From contig CP070632.1 of the NCBI GenBank assembly GCA_020356065.1, forward strand, positions 141,262 to 205,261: a stretch of 64,000 bases of DNA. The letters are read 5' to 3'. The position numbers were made by a program, and so were the translations under genes. Of the stretch, positions 30,901-40,614 are shown in pieces. The stretch's first letter is position 1. Each line of letters opens with the position of its first letter. The notes beneath the pieces were generated by a model. That model was not told where the DNA came from, made no database searches, and saw only the letters and a program-made list of their open reading frames with translations. This stretch comes from Nitrospiraceae bacterium. GTDB lineage: Bacteria; Nitrospirota; Thermodesulfovibrionia; UBA6902.

Positions 30901-31905
30901 TTACCCCCACACACCTTCAATTTTTGCAGAACACTTGAAACAGGTTCCGTTCTTAATTTTATTTGATGTATTATACCCAATCCGCTCTATAAGAAGCTCT
31001 CCACAGTCAGGACAGTACGTATTTTCTCCACCCTCCCCCGGCACATTACCTTCATATACGTACTTGAGTCCGGCTTTTAATCCCATGTCCCTTGCCCGTC
31101 TCAGTGTTTCAACGGGGGTTCTGGGCTTGTCCAGAATCTCATACGTAGGATAAAACTGTGTTACATGCCATGGAATTGCAGGATCAACAGATAAAATAAA
31201 TTCTATAATGTCCTGTAACACTTCATCTGAATCATTGTATGATGGGATGATAAGAGTCGTAATCTCCACCCAGACACCTGACTCCTTCATTAATCTTATT
31301 GTGTCCAGAACAGGTTTGAGTCGAGCACCGCAAACTTTTTTATAGAATTGATCATCGCCCTTCAGATCAATATTATTTCCATCAATATAAGGAATAATTT
31401 TTTTTGCTGCTTCAGTGCCCGTATATCCGTTACTGACAAACACATTTTTTATACCGCGTTGATGAGCAATCCTGGCGCAGTCATATGCAAACTCAAAAAA
31501 GACTGTCGGTTCAGTGTATGTATACGATATACTTTTACAGCCAGCCTTTTCAGCGGCATGCACCACCTTCTCCGGTGTTACATCTTCTCCCGGGATCTTA
31601 TCATGGGTCTTAGGGTACTGGGCTATATCATAATTCTGACAGTGTTTGCATTTGAAATTACAGCCAACTGTGGAAATCGAAAAAGATGTCGATTCAGGAC
31701 AAAAATGAAACAGCGGCTTCTTTTCAATAGGATCTATATTCATGGAAATCAGTTTTCCGTAAACCAGGCTGTACAGTATCCCATTCCTGTTTTCCCTCAC
31801 GCTGCATATTCCCTTCTTTCCTTCCGGGATTATACAGTTATGAGCACACAGAATACATTTAACTTTGAGACCATCACGTTTTCCGTAAAACATTGCTTCT
31901 TTCAT
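30901..31905 (-). CDS. amrS: AmmeMemoRadiSam system radical SAM enzyme
   Basis: CILCAHNC...GICSVR, DPIEKKPLFHF, CNFKCKHCQN, YTYTEP, YVYEGNV...TYCPDC. Confidence 0.93.
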   Translation of the reverse strand: MKEAMFYGKRDGLKVKCILCAHNCIIPEGKKGICSVRENRNGILYSLVYGKLISMNIDPIEKKPLFHFCPESTSFSISTVGCNFKCKHCQNYDIAQYPKTHDKIPGEDVTPEKVVHAAEKAGCKSISYTYTEPTVFFEFAYDCARIAHQRGIKNVFVSNGYTGTEAAKKIIPYIDGNNIDLKGDDQFYKKVCGARLKPVLDTIRLMKESGVWVEITTLIIPSYNDSDEVLQDIIEFILSVDPAIPWHVTQFYPTYEILDKPRTPVETLRRARDMGLKAGLKYVYEGNVPGEGGENTYCPDCGELLIERIGYNTSNKIKNGTCFKCSAKIEGVWG

Positions 31906-32102
31906 ACCATCATTATATCACAGGAACTGGTTCTCTTTAATCGAATATCTACTGACATTCAAGAAGCAACGTCTAAACTTATTTGTTCGTTATGCCGATA
32001 ATAAATGCATGATTATCAATTGTTCATTATTTATCAACGATAGTGCCATTATCTGGAACGTTCACAAAATGTATTCTTATGTTCTTATTTTGTATTTTTT
32101 TC

Positions 32103-32131
32103 TTGACAAGGAATTTTATTTCATATAAATT
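32103..32131 (+). promoter_or_regulatory. sigma70-type promoter
   Basis: TTGACA-17-TAAATT, 11 nt before ATG 32143; no SD. Confidence 0.55.
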
Positions 32132-32142
32132 ATTAATAACAT

Positions 32143-32688
32143 ATGTTAGAAAAACTTTTTACATCGGGTATCAGGGCGGATATTATGTCCCTGCTATTCA
32201 ATAACCCAGAAGAAAAGTTTTATGTCAGAGAAGTAGCCAGACTTGTCAACAAAAATCCATCAGGTGTTAAAAGAGAACTTGACAAGCTTCTTAAGATGGA
32301 TCTCGTGCTCACTGAAAAAGAAGGCAACCTGAAATATTTCAAGGTCAACAGAAACTCTCCCCTCTTTCCTGAACTGAAGGGTCTTATTGCCAAGTCACTC
32401 GGCCTCCCGGGAGCGCTCAAATCTGTTCTCAAAGCTTCCGAAGCTAAAACAGCCTTTATTCATGGTTCATATATTAAAAATGCGAACATACCTTCTGTTG
32501 ATCTGTTTGTGGTTTCTGATGCAAATCATCTGAGAAGGACGCTTGATGATATAGAAAAAAGATTCGGCAGGTCTATACATTTAACATTAATGAGTGTCTC
32601 TGAATATAAGTCAAAAAAACGAGCCGGAGAACGTCAATTAAAGAAGCTGTTAAACAAACAGAAGATTCTTCTCTTGGGAAGATTGTGA
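32143..32688 (+). CDS. Winged-helix protein with degenerate nucleotidyltransferase-like C-terminal domain
   Basis: LFTSGIRADIM...FYVREVAR...VKRELDKL...GNLKYF (wHTH); AFIHGSY...SVDLFVV (MNT-like, DxD reduced to SxD). Confidence 0.8.
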   Translation: MLEKLFTSGIRADIMSLLFNNPEEKFYVREVARLVNKNPSGVKRELDKLLKMDLVLTEKEGNLKYFKVNRNSPLFPELKGLIAKSLGLPGALKSVLKASEAKTAFIHGSYIKNANIPSVDLFVVSDANHLRRTLDDIEKRFGRSIHLTLMSVSEYKSKKRAGERQLKKLLNKQKILLLGRL

Positions 32689-32732
32689 TAAATACTCCCA
32701 CAACATTGGGAAAAGAAAGGGGGTGAGCTTGA

Positions 32733-32864
32733 ATGGCCGCCAAAAAGAAAGCCGCTGCAAAAAAGAAAGCTACCAAGAAAAAAGTAGCTAAAAAGAAAGT
32801 AGCTAAGAAGAAAGCTACCAAGAAGAAAGCTACCAAGAAAAAAGCCGCAAAGAAAAAAAGATAA
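32733..32864 (+). CDS. Histone H1-like Lys/Ala-rich peptide (43 aa), not in ORF track
   Basis: RBS AAAGGGGGTGA; MAAKKKAAAKKKATKKKVAKKKVAKKKATKKKATKKKAAKKKR*; synonymous codon variation between repeats; terminator directly downstream. Confidence 0.85.
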   Translation: MAAKKKAAAKKKATKKKVAKKKVAKKKATKKKATKKKAAKKKR

Positions 32865-32886
32865 ATTCTTCTGTGTTGCTACATTA

Positions 32887-32926
32887 AGCTGTCCCATCCT
32901 TCGCAAGGTGGGACAGCTCTTTTTTT
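32887..32926 (+). terminator. Rho-independent terminator
   Basis: AGCTGTCCCAtCCTT-cgc-AAGGTGGGACAGCT then cTTTTTTT. Confidence 0.85.
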
Positions 32927-33132
32927 ATCTGTCCCGAACTACAAACACATTTCAAATATTGAAAACCTTTCCTTAACTTGATCTTGAAAGGCTTCAGGGT
33001 GGAAGGGTCCAAGATTGACACTATTCTAGGTATTGATTCAAACCAGCTCTGCCGATACATGATTCTGAAGTCATACGGTATCAGTCCATTTATAATTATT
33101 CCATCACTTGTATCCCCGGACCCTCAAATATT

Positions 33133-33164
33133 GAAGCGAGTCTGCGCGAAGAGTCGCTCTGACC
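33133..33164 (-). repeat. Dispersed 32-bp intergenic repeat, copy 2
   Basis: gaagcgagtctgcgcgaagagtcgctctgacc; inverted copy of 8783-8814 with 4 mismatches. Confidence 0.75.
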
Positions 33165-33427
33165 TTACATCCTTTTTTATATTCGGGTCACGAATATTCT
33201 TTCACTGCAGGTTACACTTTCCACTGATCTTCTAACCATTGAGATATTGATAGCCAAAAACGATCTGTTCAGAAAGTTTTAAATTTAGCGTTGCAGTAAT
33301 CATTATTTCCCATTGATAGTAGCGGGATCTGCCGGCAGGGATAGTCGGGTCTATTCTCAGCTCTTCTTAAGATGAGGTGAGACTTTCAAAAGGCTTTTGA
33401 GTATGGTCAATTGATAAAAAAGAGAGT

Positions 33428-34321
33428 TTATACCTGAGCAACAACTTCTTCAGCTGTCGGCTTCGCAACATGCAGAGATACAATTTCCCATGAGTCACTG
33501 CACAAAAGGATTTTTTTCAGAAGTTTGATATGAAGAGTATGCCCTGATTTGTTTGCAATAATATGCCCGAAAATCGGTGCTCCTATTAATGACAGATCCC
33601 CTATAGCATCAAGTATTTTATGCCGGACAAATTCATCTTTAAACCGTAATTGACCGCCGTTAATGACCTCACTGTCATTAAGTACAATCGCATTGTCAAG
33701 TGAGCCTCCCCTTGCCAGCCCTTTAGATTTCATCATTTCAACATCTCTTAAAAAACCAAACGTCCGGGCAGGAGCCAGTTCACTGACAAATTTCATAGTT
33801 GTAATGTCTATACCCATTTTCTGCTCACCGAATGCAGGGTGCGTATAAAAAACCCTGTACGTTATTCTCGTTCCATCATACGGTGTTATTGCAATCTGGC
33901 ATGGGCCTTCCATAACAACGATAGGTTTTAAAATCCTTATGCATGATAAAGCCTGTGCCTGCTTCTCCAGTCCGGCTTCCCTTATCAGAGTAATAAACGG
34001 CAGTGCGCTGCCGTCCAAAATGGGAACTTCCGGTCCATTTAATTCAACAAAGACGTTATCTATACATAACCCTGAAAAAGAAGCCAGCAGATGTTCTACT
34101 GTCCCGACCCTGGCACCGTTTGATTTAAGAGTTGTGGCAAAAGCGGTATCAGACACTGAACTGACATTTGCCTTAATCCGTTCGTTGTTTTTGTCTGTTC
34201 TGATAAAGACAATGCCGGTATCGGCCGGAGCAGGTCTCAGGTTCATTTTAATTTCTTTCCCGGTATGGAGACCTTTACCCTGGACAGAAACCTCTTTTTG
34301 TATTGTATTCTGCAAACGCAT
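33428..34321 (-). CDS. lpxC: UDP-3-O-acyl-GlcNAc deacetylase
   Basis: GKGLHTG, TVEHLLA, EVPILDGSA, ARTFGF, EFVRHKILDAIGDL, SGH. Confidence 0.97.
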   Translation of the reverse strand: MRLQNTIQKEVSVQGKGLHTGKEIKMNLRPAPADTGIVFIRTDKNNERIKANVSSVSDTAFATTLKSNGARVGTVEHLLASFSGLCIDNVFVELNGPEVPILDGSALPFITLIREAGLEKQAQALSCIRILKPIVVMEGPCQIAITPYDGTRITYRVFYTHPAFGEQKMGIDITTMKFVSELAPARTFGFLRDVEMMKSKGLARGGSLDNAIVLNDSEVINGGQLRFKDEFVRHKILDAIGDLSLIGAPIFGHIIANKSGHTLHIKLLKKILLCSDSWEIVSLHVAKPTAEEVVAQV

Positions 34322-34335
34322 AACTTTCTGTAGTA

Positions 34336-34351
34336 TGCAAATTCGATACCA
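34336..34351 (-). promoter_or_regulatory. sigma54 (-24/-12) promoter of lpxC
   Basis: TGGTATcgaatTTGCA on the minus strand with exact GG-N10-GC spacing. Confidence 0.65.
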
Positions 34352-34434
34352 AATAAAATTGTTTTATTAATCAGAAGGTTTAGAATTCAGAATGTATCAT
34401 AAATACATCATTAGTGTACCTATCTCCGCACAGT

Positions 34435-35826
34435 TTACACTTTTCCTCCAATCACCATTTCAGGAATCCTAATAGTCGGCATGGCGTCAGAGACAGGTAC
34501 TCCCTGCGCGTCTTTTCCGCACGTACCTATGTCAAAACCGATGTCATCTCCAACCATGTCAATAGACTTCAGAATTTCAGGGCCATTCCCTATTAAAGTG
34601 GCCCCGCGTAACGGTTCACCTATGTCCCCTTTTTCGATGATACATCCCTCTGACACTTCAAAAACAAACTCTCCTGTAACCGTATTTACCTGCCCTCCCC
34701 CCATTTTTTTCACAAAAAAACCTTTGTCCACAGATTTAACAATTTTCTCCGGGCTTCCCTCTCCAGGCGCAATAAATGTATTTGTCATCCGCGGAATGGG
34801 TCTGTTTCTGTATGATTGTCTTCTGCCGTTTCCCGTCGATGGAACTTTTCCCTTCAGTGAAGTCATCACGTCATACATATATCCTTTTAAAATTCCTTTA
34901 TCAACAAGAACGGTTCTTTGAGAAGGGACACCCTCATCATCAAACCTGAATGAGCCCCTCCTGCCGGCAAGTGTTGAATCATCGATTATTGTTACGAGGG
35001 AAGAGGCAATCTTCTCTCCGACCTTATCGGAATATACAGACAGTCCCTGCTGCACGAGATCCGCTTCCAATCCATGGCCTATCGCTTCATGGATCATTGT
35101 CCCTCCTGCCTCTGAAGCTATTACAACAGGCATCCTGCCGCCCGGAGCCTTTTTTGCCTTCAACATACTGACAGCCTTTTTTGCAGCCTTTACAGCTGTC
35201 TGTTCAAAAGGGTTCTCTTCAAATATTTCAAATCCAGCCATACCACCCACAGATTCATATCCTGTCTGCAGCAGATCACCGTCTGCGGCAATTACATGTA
35301 TCAAGGCAAGTGAATATATTCTCTCGTCTTCAGCAATTATTCCATCAGATGTAGCTATGCAAACATCCTGAATTGTGTCCCTGTATATAACTGATACCTG
35401 ACTGATACTCGAAGAAATGTTCTTTGCTGCCCGGTTGGCGTTTTCAACCAGAGAAATTTTTCGGGTCATATCAACATCGCCGGGATTACGTATAATGTCA
35501 AAGTTTACGAGCGGGTTTATTTTAGTTAAATCAAACGTTCTGTCAGCCTTATCTTTGTCCTTCACAGCCCGGCTTACTGTTTCAGCTATATCAAACAGCG
35601 AGTGTTCCGAAAAATCATTGCTGTAGGCATATGCTGACTTGTCTCCGAATACCACACGCACCCCTATTCCGGCATCAACACCCGAAGACAGTTTTTCTAT
35701 CTTATCATCTTCAAGCTGTATGGTCAGAGGCCTTTGATGTTCGATAAATATGTCACCATAATCAGCCCCGGTTGACATGGACTTCTTCAGGATACCTGCT
35801 AATACATCATCTGACGGTCTTTTCAT
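34435..35826 (-). CDS. tldD: TldD/PmbA family metalloprotease
   Basis: GIGVRV, IHEAIGHGLEAD, DDEG, TGNGRR, PRMTNT, CGKDAQGVPV; likely start ATG 35826. Confidence 0.93.
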   Translation of the reverse strand: MKRPSDDVLAGILKKSMSTGADYGDIFIEHQRPLTIQLEDDKIEKLSSGVDAGIGVRVVFGDKSAYAYSNDFSEHSLFDIAETVSRAVKDKDKADRTFDLTKINPLVNFDIIRNPGDVDMTRKISLVENANRAAKNISSSISQVSVIYRDTIQDVCIATSDGIIAEDERIYSLALIHVIAADGDLLQTGYESVGGMAGFEIFEENPFEQTAVKAAKKAVSMLKAKKAPGGRMPVVIASEAGGTMIHEAIGHGLEADLVQQGLSVYSDKVGEKIASSLVTIIDDSTLAGRRGSFRFDDEGVPSQRTVLVDKGILKGYMYDVMTSLKGKVPSTGNGRRQSYRNRPIPRMTNTFIAPGEGSPEKIVKSVDKGFFVKKMGGGQVNTVTGEFVFEVSEGCIIEKGDIGEPLRGATLIGNGPEILKSIDMVGDDIGFDIGTCGKDAQGVPVSDAMPTIRIPEMVIGGKV

Positions 35827-35993
35827 ATTTTTTTTGGCTGATCGTCGCTGGGAATTATTGATTACAATATATAAAAATTCAGTTCCCGCATTCATCCTGC
35901 CTTTTGAATTTATACATTCTATTATGTACAGTTAAGTGATATTATACTAAAACAGTTTTAATTCTGTATTCATTCAATGAATGAGGAGGGATC

Positions 35994-36782
35994 ATGTCTA
36001 GAATTGGTGTAATTGCGGGAAGCGGACTTTACGAAATCAGAGGACTGACCATAAAGAAGAACAGGACTGTAACAACTCCCTATGGGAGACCATCGGAGAA
36101 ATATGTTATTGGTGAGATAGACGATACAGAAATCATTTTCCTGCCAAGGCATGGAAAGCATCATGGCATACCTCCTCACATGATAAACTACAGGGCCAAC
36201 ATATGGGGCTTTAAGAAACTGGGCGTCAAAAGGATTCTTTCCATAAGCGCTGTCGGGGGCATAAGGAAAGGATTAAAACCCGGCGATATAATAATTCTGG
36301 ACCAGGTACTGGACATGACGAAAAACAGGCAGGCAACATTTTTTGACGGTAAAGACGGTGTTGCACATATTGATTTTACGGACCCCTTTTGTCCGGAGCT
36401 CGGAAAGGCAATTAAAAGGGCGGGAGTAAAGTCAAAGGTCACCCTTAAAAAGGGGGGCACCTATGTGGCTGTCGAAGGACCGCGCCTTGAGTCTGCCAGT
36501 GAAATAAAAAGTTTCCGTATTCTCGGAGGAGATGTTGTGGGGATGACTGGCATGCCTGAAGCCTCCCTGGCACGAGAGGCGGAAATATGTTATGCAGGGG
36601 TATCTGTAGTAGCCAATTATGCAGCAGGTATCAGCAGGAAGAAACTCACGGTAGCAGAAGTGATGGAGGCCATGAAAGGTACAACCGGGAACCTGAAAAA
36701 ACTCCTTAAGGCTGTCTTTACCATGATTCCTGATGAAAGAAAGTGTGCCTGCAAAGACGCGCTGGCTGAAGCTAAGATATAG
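35994..36782 (+). CDS. mtnP: S-methyl-5'-thioadenosine/thioinosine phosphorylase
   Basis: IGVIAGSG, TPYG, LPRHG, NYRANIW, EGPRLES, VGMTGMPEA, ANYAAG. Confidence 0.93.
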   Translation: MSRIGVIAGSGLYEIRGLTIKKNRTVTTPYGRPSEKYVIGEIDDTEIIFLPRHGKHHGIPPHMINYRANIWGFKKLGVKRILSISAVGGIRKGLKPGDIIILDQVLDMTKNRQATFFDGKDGVAHIDFTDPFCPELGKAIKRAGVKSKVTLKKGGTYVAVEGPRLESASEIKSFRILGGDVVGMTGMPEASLAREAEICYAGVSVVANYAAGISRKKLTVAEVMEAMKGTTGNLKKLLKAVFTMIPDERKCACKDALAEAKI

Positions 36783-36828
36783 ATTGTTGGGCATAATTGC
36801 ATGTCAGAATTTTTTAATCTTTTTTACT

Positions 36829-37689
36829 TTACTGCAATTCCAACATCCCACTCTGAATAGTCAATGTACCATTAGTTATTGTCATATTTCCGACAAGAGT
36901 GGTTAAGAGTATATTGTTCAAATAATCGCAATCATATCCTGCCTTCAAATAGACTGACTTGTTAATATCTATAAGAAGATTTTCAATAAAAAGCGTGGCC
37001 TGAATCTGCATAGTCTCCATACTTGCAGTATTATCATACGCATCTTGAATAAAATCATATTCATCAGTAGTGCCTTCAATTCTTGATTGAAGGTTTGGGC
37101 ATGTATATAAATGTGTAACGCCATCAATGTCATCCTGATCTAAAGTCTGCTTTTTGATTTCACCAGCTGAGGCAGACCCATACATTGTTTTTTCAGAATC
37201 TGCACCACTGTATAAATCAACTAAACATAGAGAATGACCATGCTCATGTGTCCCTACATTCTGCAAATCATAAGTACCAGAAGCCCCGGTAGTGCTCCAG
37301 GTATAATACGTGTTAAACCTGACATCACTATCAAGTAGTTCTCCCTCTTGAGATGGAGGCCAAATTTTATATCAAAATCTATTTTCTGCCAGCGTTCCAA
37401 CGCCAAGTAGACCGAATGTGACTATATTGTTTCCATCATTTATGCCATGTGCTGTTCCTGTTGTCGTTCCACCATAGTAAAAAATAAAATCTGCGCAACA
37501 TCTGTCCACGTCTGCATGCCTTCCAGAATAGCTGTAATAGTGCCTATTGGCCCTCCTAAATCATTTATTAAATACATTATTTCAGAGTTCTGCCATTTAA
37601 TTTCTTTACCGACACTAGTTGTACAAACTCCATAATGCAGTCCATACAAGGGTAACTAAAATAAATAACGTAAATGAGAAGAATTTCAT
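36829..37689 (-). pseudogene. Matrixin-like (M10-type) exported metalloprotease, disrupted
   Basis: Signal peptide from ATG 37689; two frameshifts and an in-frame TGA (37372-37374) upstream of DSDVRFN...YDLQNVGTHEHGHSLCL...TMYG. Confidence 0.75.
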
Positions 37690-37692
37690 GTC

Positions 37693-38223
37693 TTAATAAC
37701 TGTGCCTATTTATTTTATCAATCAATTCTTCTACAGGAATGTTATTATCGATGAGTTCCTGTCCTTCTAAAACAGAAAATCATTTTTTTCTTGCAATACC
37801 ATCATCGCCAATGACATATTTACCCTGGCCTTTTCCAACAATATTAAAAACTTCTCCTTCTTTTAAACTCCTTCCAACACGCAAAAATAAAATGACCCAT
37901 TCCCCTGCTTTTAAAGGTGCAACATCAGATACCCTGAGACCAACATCTCCTATCTCTCCTCCTTCATATTCAACAATTAAATTCCTTTTGATAGTCATAC
38001 CCTTGATCATTTTTTGTTTTATCAATAGTGCTCTGCTAATTATGCTCTTACCATCACTGCTCCAGCGAGCTTTCACGTCTTTTATCTCACCCTGAACTAC
38101 ATGGTCTGATTCCATTGTTAGATGTTCAGTACTCATCCCTGTCATGATAGCTGATGATTCAGACTGTAAAAAGCATAAGATACTGAAGAATAATAATTTG
38201 AATAAAACAAGATTTCTCGTCAC
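37693..38223 (-). pseudogene. Exported partner/propeptide-like protein with premature TGA
   Basis: ORF stops at TGA 37780-37782, but the frame continues FSVLEGQELIDNNIPVEELIDKINRHSY to TAA 37693, abutting the next ATG. Confidence 0.6.
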
Positions 38224-38441
38224 GCGAGTCTCCTGACAAAGACAGATATACAGAAAAAACCCATTTGTTTTACAGTCACAAATATTTTCATAGCAAAAAT
38301 AAATAAAAGCCTTTATAAATATTATAATTTATAGGAATATAAATGTTTAACGAAAATGCCATTTTATAAAAGTAAGGGATTAGTATTGTTGTGCACATTT
38401 GCAGATTTGAATCTCTCTTTTAAAAGCATACAATTTAAAAT

Positions 38442-38911
38442 TCAGGAACAATCTGCAACATCACTTTCTCTCTTCTGAGGAGACTCCCTCACAATTCTCG
38501 TTATCTCCATTTCCGCAGCATTATCCAGTTTTTCATTTTGCATAAAGAGACAATAATTGTGATTACCAGACCTGTGATTTCGAGTATGACATTCAGTCCT
38601 TTCAAGTTTGTACGAACTGATATTACATCCCCAAGATACGCACATAAGAAAAGTGAAACGACCGGGAATATGAAGACCGGAACATACGCTTTCACTTGAA
38701 CACTTTTTTTCAGACCTAACGTGACCCTGTCACCTTCCCGTGCATGTAATGTATTGCCTGCCTCCATGACCATTCCTTCCCCGCTCTTGCCGCAGATGCC
38801 CGCCTGGGCCTTGCCGCACTCCTTGCAGGATGTGCTCTTATCAATCCTGATTTTGGCTCTGTTCCCCGCTATTTCAATAACAGTCCCTGTTTTAAGTCCT
38901 GAGCGTTCCGT
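38442..38911 (-). pseudogene. RseC/MucC family protein, disrupted
   Basis: TGTVIEIAGNRAKIRIDKSTSCKECG...IC...AGN..HAREGDRV..YVPVFIFP; start appears as ACG (38909-38911); frameshift near 38535. Confidence 0.7.
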
Positions 38912-39023
38912 TTATGTATGTTAATTAATATAAATTGCTCTGCATATGATTCAGATCATCTTTACGCAATTGATAATTAAAATCCGGTATTTTATACTGG
39001 TCTAAAACAGGACAGAGGCACTC

Positions 39024-40556
39024 ATGATAAAAGTGGCAACAGCCAAAGAGATGCAGGATATTGACCGGCTTACCATTGACAGATTCGGCATCCCCGGAAC
39101 AGTGCTGATGGAGAGAGCCGGTCTATCAGCTGTTGAGAAGATTAACGAGTTTTACCCAAACAAAAAAATAGCAGTTTTATGTGGTGGGGGAAATAACGGC
39201 GGTGACGGTTTTGTTATCGCAAGAGAACTGCATAATCAGGGAAGGAAAGTTGACGTCTTTATCACTACTCATCCGGCAAAGTTAAAAGGTGACGCAAAGA
39301 CCAATTATGAAATCGCAAAGAAATTCAAAGTCCCTGTTTTTCCCGCACGCAAATTTGTGCGCACACGTTTTTCAGCTCATCATCTGATTGTTGATGCTCT
39401 GCTCGGGACTGGTCTCAGTAAATCTGTCAAGGCACCTCTGTCCGATGTAATTAAGAAAGTAAACAGGTTATCCTGTCCTGTGGTTGCAGTTGATATACCT
39501 TCCGGTATTTCTTCAGATACAGGCCAGGTGATGGGAACGGCAGTGAAAGCAGATGTTACCGTGACCTTTGGTCTTCCCAAACGAGGTCACCTGATCTATC
39601 CCGGAGCGGAATATACAGGCAGGTTATGCATCGAGGATATCGGATTTCCTGCCATTCTTCTCGCATCAGAAAAAATCAGGATCAACCTTTTCCGTTCAGA
39701 TGATGCACATGCGTTACTCCCTGTGAGACCAAAGTCCTCTCACAAAGGCACATATGGTCACGCCCTCGTTGTTGCAGGTTCCAGAGGAAAGACAGGCGCC
39801 GCCCTGATGACAGCCAGGGCATGTTTAAAAGCAGGGGCCGGACTGGTAACGATTGGAACTGCTGAAACCGTCGTTAACTCTTTGCAGTCTCGGGTAACGG
39901 AAGAAATGATATTGCCTCTTGAAGATAATGGAAATGGGACTGTCTCATATAGGGCCGCTAGTTCTGTTTTAAATTTTCTTGACTCTAAAGGTAACGTGCT
40001 TGTCATAGGACCCGGTCTTTCTGCCGGTGATGAAATTCCGAATTTTGTTGCTGAACTGATAACCAGATCCAGGGTACCTGTTGTTATAGACGCTGATGGT
40101 CTGAATGCAATTGCAAATAAAATAGGAGTTCTGAAAAAAAGTAAAGCTCCTGTTATACTCACTCCGCATCCCGGGGAGATGGTCAGGCTTGAAGGTCCTC
40201 GAACCGGAGACATACAGGACAGAATCTCGAGGGCTTTAATGTTTGCGAGCAAATATAAGGTTTTTATGGTCTTAAAAGGCGTTCCTACGGTAACTGCGAC
40301 ACCTGATGGCATGGCGTATATTAATTCATCGGGCAATCCCGGAATGGCCACAGCTGGTGCAGGTGATGTACTGACGGGCATGATAGCTTCTTTCCTTGCC
40401 CAGGGCTTGACTCCCCAAAATGCATCTGCGCTTGGCGTGTATATGCATGGTTATGCAGGTGATATTGCTGCGGATAAAAAAGGGCAGGAATCCCTGGTCG
40501 CATCTGACATCATAAAGGAAATTCCCGGTGTGTTCAGGTCTGTTAAGTCCTGTTAA
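39024..40556 (+). CDS. nnr: Bifunctional NAD(P)H-hydrate epimerase/dehydratase
   Basis: LMERAG, GNNGGDG, DALLGTG, HKGTYG, DADGLN, TPHPGEM, AGAGDVLTG. Confidence 0.95.
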   Translation: MIKVATAKEMQDIDRLTIDRFGIPGTVLMERAGLSAVEKINEFYPNKKIAVLCGGGNNGGDGFVIARELHNQGRKVDVFITTHPAKLKGDAKTNYEIAKKFKVPVFPARKFVRTRFSAHHLIVDALLGTGLSKSVKAPLSDVIKKVNRLSCPVVAVDIPSGISSDTGQVMGTAVKADVTVTFGLPKRGHLIYPGAEYTGRLCIEDIGFPAILLASEKIRINLFRSDDAHALLPVRPKSSHKGTYGHALVVAGSRGKTGAALMTARACLKAGAGLVTIGTAETVVNSLQSRVTEEMILPLEDNGNGTVSYRAASSVLNFLDSKGNVLVIGPGLSAGDEIPNFVAELITRSRVPVVIDADGLNAIANKIGVLKKSKAPVILTPHPGEMVRLEGPRTGDIQDRISRALMFASKYKVFMVLKGVPTVTATPDGMAYINSSGNPGMATAGAGDVLTGMIASFLAQGLTPQNASALGVYMHGYAGDIAADKKGQESLVASDIIKEIPGVFRSVKSC

Positions 40557-40614
40557 GACAAATGAATTGGTGTAATTACTCAGCAATAAAAGACGTTTAG
40601 GGTCAAAGAAACTC

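Noticed and set aside
32573-32906. Phe-rich minus-strand ORFs in the ORF track
   Set aside because: Antisense shadows of the Lys-rich peptide, which has the RBS and terminator
37372-37374. In-frame TGA as recoding or alternative genetic code
   Set aside because: The same gene has frameshifts, and TGA is a normal stop for many intact genes in the window; probably TGG>TGA
37780-37782. In-frame TGA as possible selenocysteine
   Set aside because: No Cys/redox context and no well-placed SECIS; neighbouring genes are frameshifted, so a nonsense mutation (probably GGA>TGA) is simpler
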